A stretch of 64,000 nt of DNA, from contig JAQBRG010000004.1 of the NCBI GenBank assembly GCA_028286615.1, positions 36,480-100,479 of the forward strand, given 5' to 3'. The notes below the pieces were generated by a model. It was not told the origin of the DNA. It was given only the letters and a program-made list of their open reading frames with translations, and ran no database searches. Position 1 is the first letter of the stretch. Every line of letters begins with the position of its first letter. The position numbers and the translations under genes are program-made. Below are positions 35,642-43,923 of this stretch, one piece after another. The stretch is from Parcubacteria group bacterium (lineage in GTDB: Bacteria; Patescibacteriota; Minisyncoccia; Phycocordibacterales; Phycocordibacteraceae).

Positions 35642-35820
35642 CCACATCAAGTGTGGTACCAAGAGGTCCCTGGGGAAGCGCCCTAAAGCCGTCAAGCCTT
35701 GTCTGGAGGGTTATATGCGGGATTCGTAGTTCGAATCTAAAAAAAGAAAATACCTTCTGCGGAGAAGGTACGTACAGAGCCAACCTCTGATGTGCTAGAA
35801 TGGTAGCATAGTGCAATCTT

Positions 35821-36801
35821 ATGTCAAGTACCCCTGATCCAGTCAAGATAAGAGACCAGGCGCTCGATTCAGCGCTCCGCCCTACTCTGTGGGACGAGTA
35901 CATAGGCCAAGGACACGTGAAGGCCAATGTGCAGGTGGTATTGTCCGCGGCCAAAAAGCGTGGAGACATGCCGGAGCACCTTCTTTTCTACGGACCTCCA
36001 GGTGTTGGAAAGACAACGCTCGCCCATCTTGTGGCCGCTTCTCTTGATGCCCCCCTTAAGACAACTTCCGGTGTTGCTATTGAACGCGCGGGAGACTTGG
36101 CTGCTATTCTAACGAACCTTGAACCTGGTACCGTCCTATTTATAGACGAGATACACCAGCTCTCTTCAAAGATTGAGGAGCTCCTCTACCCTGCCCTTGA
36201 GTCTGGCTCGCTAGATATTATTCTAGGCAAAGGACCTTCAGCTCGTACCGTTGAGCTCGCTCTCCCTCCGTTTACTCTTGTTGGTGCAACCACACGCGTG
36301 TCCCAACTCTCCGCTCCTCTTCGTTCCCGTTTTGGAGGAGGTGTGTATCAGCTCGACTTTTATACAGACGAAGACCTCCGCAGTATTATTCGCCGCTCAG
36401 CAGGAGTGCTCGGTCTTTCCGCTAACGACGAGGTTATAGAACGTATCGCATCGCGAAGCCGCGCAACACCTCGTGTTGCCAATGCTCTTCTAAAGCGTGT
36501 TCGGGATTATTCAGAGGTGCATGAGAGAGAACTCTCAGCAGAAGTGTGTGACCTCGCGTGTGAATTGTTTGGTATCGATTCTCTTGGACTAACCAAAGAC
36601 GACAGGCGTTACCTAGAAACTATCCGAGACTCATTTAAAGGAGGGCCGGCCGGTATTCGTGCGCTTGCTTCTGGACTCCATGAAGATCCTGAGACCGTTG
36701 AGAACGTGTACGAACCGTATCTCTTACGTATTGGTTTTATTGAACGCTCTCCACGTGGACGCATCCTCACGCAGAAAGGAAGAGACTATTTGAGTGCGTA
36801 G
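35821..36801 (+). CDS. ruvB: Holliday junction DNA helicase RuvB
   Basis: LLFYGPPGVGKTTLAHLVA ... LFIDEIHQL ... AAA+ sensor motifs. Confidence 0.95.
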   Translation: MSSTPDPVKIRDQALDSALRPTLWDEYIGQGHVKANVQVVLSAAKKRGDMPEHLLFYGPPGVGKTTLAHLVAASLDAPLKTTSGVAIERAGDLAAILTNLEPGTVLFIDEIHQLSSKIEELLYPALESGSLDIILGKGPSARTVELALPPFTLVGATTRVSQLSAPLRSRFGGGVYQLDFYTDEDLRSIIRRSAGVLGLSANDEVIERIASRSRATPRVANALLKRVRDYSEVHERELSAEVCDLACELFGIDSLGLTKDDRRYLETIRDSFKGGPAGIRALASGLHEDPETVENVYEPYLLRIGFIERSPRGRILTQKGRDYLSA

Positions 36802-36838
36802 CGCTTAAAGGAACAGACGAGACCGCGGAACACAAGCC

Positions 36839-36864
36839 GTCTGGGACGATCTTGGAACCTTTTG
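36839..36864 (+). repeat. 26-bp direct repeat, copy A (gtctgggacgatcttggaaccttttg)
   Basis: 24 of 26 identical to 37286..37311. Flanks the GC-rich cassette. Confidence 0.8.
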
Positions 36865-36967
36865 TTTACTTATGTGATCTCTTCTTACAGAATGTGCGGC
36901 ATAGAGACACTTGACACACGACATGCTTTATGGTACTCTACACATACAGTCAACGGAGGCCTACCTA

Positions 36968-37204
36968 ATGGCGCAAGTCGCTCTTTACATCAACGACACG
37001 GTGCACGTTGTGCTCTCTGAAATGGGTGCAGCTGCAGTGAACAGTTTCGACAGCGGTGCATTCCGTTGTCCATCCGGACAAGACATGGTCGCCGGCCAGA
37101 AGTTCGAGTGCATCCTCGGTGAGGCTCTGATGATCTTCGGGCCGTATGCCAGACCGGGTGTTGCGTTGTTCGCGGACGGCCACATCCATCTCGGCCAACC
37201 CTGA
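36968..37204 (+). CDS. small GC-rich hypothetical protein (possible mini-cupin-like)
   Basis: GGAGG SD 9 nt upstream of the ATG; own downstream terminator. GC about 58%. Confidence 0.45.
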   Translation: MAQVALYINDTVHVVLSEMGAAAVNSFDSGAFRCPSGQDMVAGQKFECILGEALMIFGPYARPGVALFADGHIHLGQP

Positions 37205-37218
37205 ACCAACCGCACCCC

Positions 37219-37260
37219 AAACCCATCGAATGGAGAGCCCATTTCGATGGGTTTCTCTTT
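37219..37260 (+). terminator. terminator of the cassette gene
   Basis: aaacccatcgaa-tggagagcccat-ttcgatgggttt followed by ctctttta. Confidence 0.55.
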
Positions 37261-37285
37261 TATGTGTATCCAGTCTTTGCTGGCA

Positions 37286-37311
37286 GTCTGGGACGATGTT
37301 GGAACTTTTTG
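37286..37311 (+). repeat. 26-bp direct repeat, copy B (gtctgggacgatgttggaactttttg)
   Basis: See copy A. Confidence 0.8.
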
Positions 37312-37328
37312 CAGTTATAATTCACTAC

Positions 37329-38183
37329 ATGAACACAAAGAGTCTCCAGAATGGCTTCTCTCTTCCTGAGCTCGGTCTCGGCACCTGGAAAATAGGCGGG
37401 GAGCGAGAGGCTGATACGTCACGAGATAATGACTGGATACGCTCGATTGAGGAAGCGATAGAAATCGGATACAGGCATATCGACACGGCTGAAATGTATG
37501 GAGCCGGACACGCAGAGGAGCTAATCGGTCAGTCAATCGCAGTCATTCCCAGAGAGGAGCTGAAGATCGCGTCGAAAGTATTCGCGACCAATCTTGCCTA
37601 TGATGATATTAAAAAATCTTTCTTCGCGAGCTTGAAACGTCTGAATCTCGGATATCTCGACCTTTACTACATACACGCACCGAGTGAAGACATTCCTTTG
37701 AAAGAAACCATGCGTGCTTTCGACGAACTCGTAGACGAGGGCTTAGTTAAGAATATAGGAGTTAGCAACTTCACTACGGAGCTTCTTGAGGAAGCCCAGT
37801 CATACTCCCGCAATAAAATTGTTGCGAACCAAATCGAATACAACCTTGTAACTCGAGAACAGAGTAACTACGGAGGTTGTTCAAAGATGGAATCCGAGAT
37901 ACTTCCCTACTGCCAAGCTAATGACATTCTTGTTGTGGCATATAGACCACTTGATCGCGGCATTGTTCTTGAAAAGAACCAAGTTATGGACGAAATGTCT
38001 CAAAAGTACGGAAAGACATATTCCCAAATCGCTATTAACTGGCTTATCTCTCAACAGAACATTGTCGCCATCGTTAAATCAAGTAAAGGTGCTCACCTTG
38101 AGGAAGATATGGGCGGAACTGGCTGGAACTTGGATACAGAAGATGTTGAGAGGCTGCGTCGAGAGTACCCCGCCAAGGCTTAG
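37329..38183 (+). CDS. aldo/keto reductase
   Basis: LGLGTWKIG ... IDTAEMYG ... the AKR catalytic tetrad pattern. Start taken at MNTKSL. Confidence 0.85.
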   Translation: MNTKSLQNGFSLPELGLGTWKIGGEREADTSRDNDWIRSIEEAIEIGYRHIDTAEMYGAGHAEELIGQSIAVIPREELKIASKVFATNLAYDDIKKSFFASLKRLNLGYLDLYYIHAPSEDIPLKETMRAFDELVDEGLVKNIGVSNFTTELLEEAQSYSRNKIVANQIEYNLVTREQSNYGGCSKMESEILPYCQANDILVVAYRPLDRGIVLEKNQVMDEMSQKYGKTYSQIAINWLISQQNIVAIVKSSKGAHLEEDMGGTGWNLDTEDVERLRREYPAKA

Positions 38184-38239
38184 ATTATTGCTGGCGGACT
38201 AGGGATCAAACCCTCTCCCACATTTGATATAGTGAATAT

Positions 38240-38800
38240 ATGTCAGGACACAGTAAATGGTCTCAAATAAAGCGCCAGAAAGGCGTAACGGATGCTGCTA
38301 AGAGCAAAACCTTCTCTCGTTTTGCCCAGCTCATAACCCTTGAATCCAAGAAAGCTGCAGGAAACATCTCCTCCCCTGCTCTCGCAGCTGTTATCGAACG
38401 CGCTAAGGCTGCGAACATGCCTAAAGACAATATTGAACGAGCTGTTGCTAAGGGCTCTAGTAAAGAAGCTGGCAATCTCGAACAAGTTGTATACGAATGG
38501 TATGGACCAGGAGGTGTAGCGATAATCATCGACGCACTCACCGACAACAAGAATCGAACAACCGCTGAGATAAAACACCTTATATCAAAGAACGGTTTTG
38601 AACTTGGTGCACAAGGAAGTGCAGCGTGGGCATTTATGAAATCTCCAGACGGCACCTTCACACCGAACGAACCTCTTATGGATCTTTCCCCCGAAGACGA
38701 AGCGTCTCTTGGAAACATCTTTGACCTGCTTGATGACAATGATGATGTGCAACGCGTGTTCACCAATGCCCGCGGCTACGAAAACGCCGACAGCGACTAA
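38240..38800 (+). CDS. yebC: YebC/PmpR-family protein (short, 186 aa)
   Basis: MSGHSKWSQIKRQKG N-terminus. Precedes ruvC, as is usual. Confidence 0.75.
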   Translation: MSGHSKWSQIKRQKGVTDAAKSKTFSRFAQLITLESKKAAGNISSPALAAVIERAKAANMPKDNIERAVAKGSSKEAGNLEQVVYEWYGPGGVAIIIDALTDNKNRTTAEIKHLISKNGFELGAQGSAAWAFMKSPDGTFTPNEPLMDLSPEDEASLGNIFDLLDDNDDVQRVFTNARGYENADSD

Positions 38801-39294
38801 TGCGCGTACTTGCTATAGACCCAGGGTTTGATCGCATGGGACTTGCGGTTATTGAAGGAGACCCAAGCAAGCCCAAGCACGTGTGGAGCGATTGCATCAT
38901 TCCTCCTAAGGGTTCAGTTGAAGAAAGACTCTCGCATATTCACGCCGCAGTTAGCGTTGCCATACAGGAGTACTCTCCAGAAATCGTTGCTATAGAAACT
39001 CTGTTCTGGAGCACGAATAACAAACGAAGCGCGCTTGGTGTTGCTGAAGCAAGAGGTGCAGCACTCTCGGCCGCAGGGGCTGCCGGCCTCCCTATTCTTG
39101 AATGTTCTCCTCAGCAAGTGAAGCTTGCGGTTACGGGATACGGAGGCGCAGACAAGAAGGCTATCGCAACTATGATTCCTCGCTTAATTGCACTCCCACC
39201 TAAAAAGAGGTTGGACGACGAGCTTGATGCCATCGCTCTGGCGCTCGCTGCACTTCCCCAAGCCCGAGCGCTATCCACACAAAAGACTGGGTGA
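38800..39294 (+). CDS. ruvC: crossover junction endodeoxyribonuclease RuvC
   Basis: MRVLAIDPGFDRMGLAVIE ... catalytic acidic residues. Confidence 0.9.
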   Translation: MRVLAIDPGFDRMGLAVIEGDPSKPKHVWSDCIIPPKGSVEERLSHIHAAVSVAIQEYSPEIVAIETLFWSTNNKRSALGVAEARGAALSAAGAAGLPILECSPQQVKLAVTGYGGADKKAIATMIPRLIALPPKKRLDDELDAIALALAALPQARALSTQKTG

Positions 39295-39374
39295 GCTTGC
39301 AAAGGATTTGTTATTTGTTCAAATAGAGGCTGCTCTGATGCAAGAGCGAAATAATCTTAAAATCATTTCCATAT

Positions 39375-39494
39375 GATGGATGACGACACAATACTTCCCG
39401 AAGAAGAACCTAAGGAGGGTGAGGAGGAAGAGGAGCTTAATGACGATGCCGCAGTTGCGGACTTCGAAGAAGAGGAAGAAAATCCTCTATAAGA
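39375..39494 (+). CDS. small acidic ORF (39 aa; not in the supplied ORF track)
   Basis: MMDDDTILPEEEPKEGEEEEELNDDAAVADFEEEEENPL, followed by a hairpin terminator. Speculative. Confidence 0.25.
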
Positions 39495-39499
39495 GAAAT

Positions 39500-39526
39500 A
39501 AAACGGCCCTCACGGGGCCGTTTCTC
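39500..39526 (+). terminator. hairpin terminator
   Basis: aaacggccc-tcac-ggggccgttt. Confidence 0.5.
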
Positions 39527-39549
39527 GTGGTAGCATACATGAGCAAATT

Positions 39550-41781
39550 ATGACGCGCCGACACGCTAAAAAGCGTACTCTTGCCTCCCTTATTGAAAAT
39601 CCGCACCCCCTCCTGCGTATTGCGTGTATCGGTGCCGGAATTGTGCTTCTTTTGGTTTCCGTAAGCATATTGTGGGTAGCATTTACGCCAATTCCAGACC
39701 TCAACTCCTTCGATTCCCGAAAGATGATGGAGTCTACAAAGATCTATGATCGTACGGGAAAAACAGTGCTCTACGACCTTAACCGAGACGTGCGCAGGAA
39801 CGTAGTTCCTCTTTCAGAAATCTCTCCCCTTCTTCAGCACGCCAGCATTGCGATTGAGGACGCAAACTTCTACCACCACGGCGGCGTTTCTTTCACAGCG
39901 ATCCTTCGTTCTATCCTCGTAGATATTCAGCGCGGCGAGCTAGCTCAGGGAGGATCAACTATTACTCAGCAGGTTGTTAAAAACACCATCCTTACCGGCA
40001 AGAAGAGCGTAGTGCGTAAAGTGCAGGAATGGATCTTGGCCTTTAAGCTTGAAGGAAAGTATTCCAAGGATGAGATTCTTGAGTTCTATCTGAATGTATC
40101 TCCATACGGCGGCACTCTCTACGGAGCTGAGGCAGCAAGCCGTGCATTCTTTGGAAAGGACGCGAACGCTCTCACGCTTGCCGAAGCTGCGTATCTCGCC
40201 GCCCTTCCTCAGTCTCCAACCTATTACTCTCCGTACGGCAACAACCGTGATGCGCTCGACGCAAGAAAGAACACGGTGCTTGATCGCATGGAAGAGCTTG
40301 GCTACATAACCGCCGAGGAACATGCGCAAGCCAAAGATGAGAAAGTTACCTTCAGCCGTCAACAGAACAGTTCCATTATCGCGCCGCACTTTGTCTTCTA
40401 TATCGAGCAGCAGCTGGAGACGATGTACGGACCAAACGTGGTTAACCAAGGACTTGCAGTTATAACAACCATAGATGCAGACCTGCAGAACCAGGCAGAG
40501 GAAATTGTTAACCGTTATGCCACTGCTAACGAAAAGAAATTCAACGCAAGCAACGCGGCCTTGGTTGCGATAGACCCTAAGACTGGGCAGATTATTGCTA
40601 TGGTTGGATCTCGAGATTACTTTGATGAGGACATCGACGGAAGTTACAACTCTGCACTCGCCCTTCGCCAACCAGGATCTTCTTTCAAGCCTTTCGTGTA
40701 CGCGACAGCACTTACCAAAGGTTATACACCAGAGTCTGTTGTCTTTGATCTTCCAACGCAGTTCTCAACCGCGTGTGCCGCATCTGATACCTCCAATAGC
40801 GAGCCGCCTTGTTACGCTCCGGGGAACTACGACGACAAGTTCCGTGGGCCAATGACGTTCACCACAGCACTTCAGCAATCTATTAACATTCCTGCGGTTG
40901 AGACGCTCTACCTTGCCGGCATCAAGAACGTTATCGCTCTCGCGCAGCATATGGGTATTGATTCTCTTGGAGAGGCAAAAGACTACGGGCTCTCCTTTGC
41001 GCTTGGTGCTGCCGAAGTTCGTCTTCTGGATCTCACAAGCGCATACGGCGTGTTCGCAAACGACGGAGTGCGCAACCCTGCTACCGGCATCCTTGAGATT
41101 CGCGATACGCAGGGCAAGGTACTTAAAAAGTTCGAGTCTTCTCCTGAGCAGGTTATAGACAGCGGCATTGCGCGCCAGATGGACAGCATTCTTTCAAACA
41201 ACGAGGCTCGCTTCCCTGAGTATCCTCCTCAGAACCCTCTTCACTTTGACGAGTACGACGTAGCTGCCAAGACCGGTACAACGAACGAGTCTCGTGACGC
41301 ATGGACCGTTGGTTTCAGTCCTTCTATCGCAGTTGGTGTGTGGGCCGGCAACAATGACAACACACCAATGGTTAAGGAGATTGCCGGATACATTGTTGCG
41401 CCTATGTGGCACGAGTTTATGGCAGCTGCCCTCGCTAAATATCCCAAGGAATACTTCGCAGAGGCTCCAGCGATACCAGAAACTGCACCCGCAGCACTCA
41501 GGGGTGTTATCTACGTGCCTCAAGCTGACGGGTCAACGGGAGTACACAGTCTTTTGCACTGGACTGACAAGAACAATCCTCAAGGCGCGCCTCCCGCAAA
41601 CCCTTGGAGCGATTCGCAGTACGCTTATTGGGAATATCCTATTCAAACTTGGCTAGCCGGAGCCGCCACACAGGCAGCGTCAGTTGCTACTTCAACAAAC
41701 GCCACTGTTGATACTGCAAACGTAGATCCAAACGAAACGAGGGCTGAGCGAAGACGTCGCCTCGATGGGGAGGGCAACTAA
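39550..41781 (+). CDS. class A penicillin-binding protein (GT51 transglycosylase + transpeptidase)
   Basis: EDANFYHHGG ... GGSTITQQ (GT51 motifs); SSFKP and KTGT transpeptidase motifs. Confidence 0.9.
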   Translation: MTRRHAKKRTLASLIENPHPLLRIACIGAGIVLLLVSVSILWVAFTPIPDLNSFDSRKMMESTKIYDRTGKTVLYDLNRDVRRNVVPLSEISPLLQHASIAIEDANFYHHGGVSFTAILRSILVDIQRGELAQGGSTITQQVVKNTILTGKKSVVRKVQEWILAFKLEGKYSKDEILEFYLNVSPYGGTLYGAEAASRAFFGKDANALTLAEAAYLAALPQSPTYYSPYGNNRDALDARKNTVLDRMEELGYITAEEHAQAKDEKVTFSRQQNSSIIAPHFVFYIEQQLETMYGPNVVNQGLAVITTIDADLQNQAEEIVNRYATANEKKFNASNAALVAIDPKTGQIIAMVGSRDYFDEDIDGSYNSALALRQPGSSFKPFVYATALTKGYTPESVVFDLPTQFSTACAASDTSNSEPPCYAPGNYDDKFRGPMTFTTALQQSINIPAVETLYLAGIKNVIALAQHMGIDSLGEAKDYGLSFALGAAEVRLLDLTSAYGVFANDGVRNPATGILEIRDTQGKVLKKFESSPEQVIDSGIARQMDSILSNNEARFPEYPPQNPLHFDEYDVAAKTGTTNESRDAWTVGFSPSIAVGVWAGNNDNTPMVKEIAGYIVAPMWHEFMAAALAKYPKEYFAEAPAIPETAPAALRGVIYVPQADGSTGVHSLLHWTDKNNPQGAPPANPWSDSQYAYWEYPIQTWLAGAATQAASVATSTNATVDTANVDPNETRAERRRRLDGEGN

Positions 41782-42029
41782 CGAACGTCTGTAAAAGCAA
41801 TGCCGCGAGAAGAGAGCTCTGAGCGGAGCTCTTCTTTTTTAAGTGAGAGTGCAGACTTAACTATTGGAGAAAGAGACACGGAGAGCATTCCATCACTATA
41901 CTGAACCTGAGAAGCTCTTACAGGGAGACCTATGACGCGTGAGAGAGCTTCAGCACAGGCGTGGCGACGTAGAGAAAGACGGATGCCCGGAACTGGGTGT
42001 CGTGCGATTAGTTCGGCGAGGGTCTTCAT
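41778..42029 (-). CDS. small hypothetical protein (DUF721-like position downstream of dnaN)
   Basis: 83-aa ORF; assignment is by position only. Confidence 0.3.
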   Translation of the reverse strand: MKTLAELIARHPVPGIRLSLRRHACAEALSRVIGLPVRASQVQYSDGMLSVSLSPIVKSALSLKKEELRSELSSRGIAFTDVR

Positions 42030-42086
42030 TGCTTTCTAGTATACCCTCCTCCTTCAGCCCGCTCACGGTATCCGCACCGCTGCTCT

Positions 42087-42587
42087 TTAGAACTCAAGCC
42101 TTGTGCCTCGTAGGAGATCGAAACCTTTGCGCAATGCTCGGATTTCATGGTCATCAGCGGGTTTGCCTGCAGATATCGCCTTTTCTATTTCATCATCAGC
42201 AAGCCACTCGAACTCAGAATGGTCGCTGGGGTGTATCTGGATATTTTCTATAGGGTCTTCAAATTGCGCAAAGTAAATGACTTCGATAGAGTGCGAGCCT
42301 TTTATATGATTTGTGTAGGTAAAAACATAAAAAGGATCGCCTACCCTGACGTTCATTCCATTCTCTTCCATGATCTCTCGCTTAAGTCCTTCGACAGGGT
42401 CTTCATCAAATTCGATATGGCCGCCAGGAAGCTCAAGAATGCCTGGCATAAACTTTTTCGTTTCTGCTCTGCGGGGCATGAATACTTTCTCTACACCATC
42501 AAAATTATGGTGGATGAAGGCGCAAGCGGTTATTACTTGCTGTCCGTGAGCTGGAGTTTCGCTATCGTGAGAGATAATGTGTTCCAT
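42087..42587 (-). CDS. NUDIX hydrolase
   Basis: GGHIEFDEDPVEGLKREIMEENG, a Nudix box. Confidence 0.8.
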   Translation of the reverse strand: MEHIISHDSETPAHGQQVITACAFIHHNFDGVEKVFMPRRAETKKFMPGILELPGGHIEFDEDPVEGLKREIMEENGMNVRVGDPFYVFTYTNHIKGSHSIEVIYFAQFEDPIENIQIHPSDHSEFEWLADDEIEKAISAGKPADDHEIRALRKGFDLLRGTRLEF

Positions 42588-43687
42588 TACTGATTCATCG
42601 GCATCACAAGATACAAGAATGACGTATCTCCTGTGCCCCGAATAATAAGAGCACGTCCAATACCGCTGGCTGAAAGATTAATACTCTCTGTACCGATAGC
42701 TCCAAGGGGTGCTGAAAGATACCTGTGGTTGAAAGAGAGCTCAACTCCCTCCCCTGTTAGGTTTCCAGTGATGCTTTCGCTCGATTCTCCAACATCTGCG
42801 TTCTGTGCCGCGAGCGTAACCTTCTTCTCTCCTGGATCAAACGTCATGCGAACCTTCTGGAAGGTATCCGAGAAAATACTTGTTCGCTTAAGTACTGATT
42901 CAAAGTCTTTCTTAAGCACTGTTGCCTCTGCAATTGAGGTCTTAGGGATAATCTGTGCGTAGTCTGGGTAGCTGGCGGTAACAAGACGAGTAACAAGCAG
43001 GCCCTGGTCCCAAGAAAACACACACTGATGGTCGTCGAGAGTAATCTTTATGTCCGTATCAGGGATAGTTTGAATAACATCAACTGCATTTCGTGCGGGA
43101 ATAAGTATTGAAAAGGCAGGAACTGCTCCAGATAGAGCTATTTTCTTCTCTGCAAGACGGAAAGAGTCTGTTGATACCGCTTTCATCATCCCTCCTTCAA
43201 CTGCAACAAGAACACTCGCAAGTTCAGGACGAACTGTTGAAGGAGATGCATAACTAACAACTGAAGACACGAGTGTACGGAAGAGTGCCCCTGGAAGCGA
43301 AAATTCTGCCGTTGGTGCGTCTGGAATAGGAAGGATTGGGAAATCCTCGTACGCAAGAGTTTTAATCGTGCTCTTGCCCGTTCCAGAGGAAATACGAACA
43401 GTGTCTCCTGAGTGTTCGAGTGTAAGAGTGCCTGTACCTGAGAAAGAAGTTGTTATCTCTCGAAGTACTTGCGCTGGAAGAGCGACAACACCCGGTTCTT
43501 TAATAGTTGCTGCAATCTTTAGATCTATTCCTGTCTCAAGGTTCGTTGCCCTAAGCTTCACTCCATCGTCTCCAGCGATAAGTGCTATTCCTGAAAGAAC
43601 AGGTAGTGTCGCAGATCTTCGCTCCGCAAATCTTGCGACTGTGTGAACTGCGTCTGCGAATTCCTTTTTATCTAAAATAATGACCAT
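42587..43687 (-). CDS. dnaN: DNA polymerase III beta sliding clamp
   Basis: 366 aa directly downstream of dnaA; three-domain clamp-like layout. Confidence 0.85.
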   Translation of the reverse strand: MVIILDKKEFADAVHTVARFAERRSATLPVLSGIALIAGDDGVKLRATNLETGIDLKIAATIKEPGVVALPAQVLREITTSFSGTGTLTLEHSGDTVRISSGTGKSTIKTLAYEDFPILPIPDAPTAEFSLPGALFRTLVSSVVSYASPSTVRPELASVLVAVEGGMMKAVSTDSFRLAEKKIALSGAVPAFSILIPARNAVDVIQTIPDTDIKITLDDHQCVFSWDQGLLVTRLVTASYPDYAQIIPKTSIAEATVLKKDFESVLKRTSIFSDTFQKVRMTFDPGEKKVTLAAQNADVGESSESITGNLTGEGVELSFNHRYLSAPLGAIGTESINLSASGIGRALIIRGTGDTSFLYLVMPMNQ

Positions 43688-43923
43688 ACGCTATTACTAT
43701 TAGGGGTGTTGATAGTGGGGACAGCTCATTTGGTCGCGTACCTACAGCATAGATTCTAGGGAGCCTTTTGTACAACCTGTTAGAAACGAGCCTGTAACAC
43801 CCTGCTTCCCTGGGGGTAACTAGGTAGGGGTTATTTTGTCCCCAACACTGTCCTTCATTGTCCCCATACTTCTTCTTCAGTTTTCCTTTAGTTATCCTCC
43901 CCCTTATACACAGAGTTATCCCC
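43688..43923. promoter_or_regulatory. candidate oriC: cluster of DnaA-box-like 9-mers between dnaA and dnaN
   Basis: TTGTCCCCA at 43836 and 43858, TTATCCTCC at 43892, TTATCCCCT at 43916, plus an inverted TGTCCCCAC near 43711. One more TTATCCCC lies on the other strand at about 45305, between dnaA and rpmH. Confidence 0.5.

Noticed and set aside
34210-35820. RNase P RNA, tmRNA, SRP RNA or group II intron in the ORF-free region
   Set aside because: I could not find the conserved blocks on either strand: RNase P GGAAAGUCCGG/ACAGAA, tmRNA tRNA-like ends with a resume codon, or group II domain V. This is a by-eye check only, so covariance-model searches are still required.
34137-35969. ORF-track minus-strand ORFs 34137-34502 (121 aa) and 35505-35969 (154 aa) sharing the peptide RWESPQAILFTFLSSRKECLEGYARDF
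   Set aside because: The shared peptide is simply the translation of the 83-bp repeat. The second ORF overlaps the ruvB start on the opposite strand. Neither has an SD or any motif.
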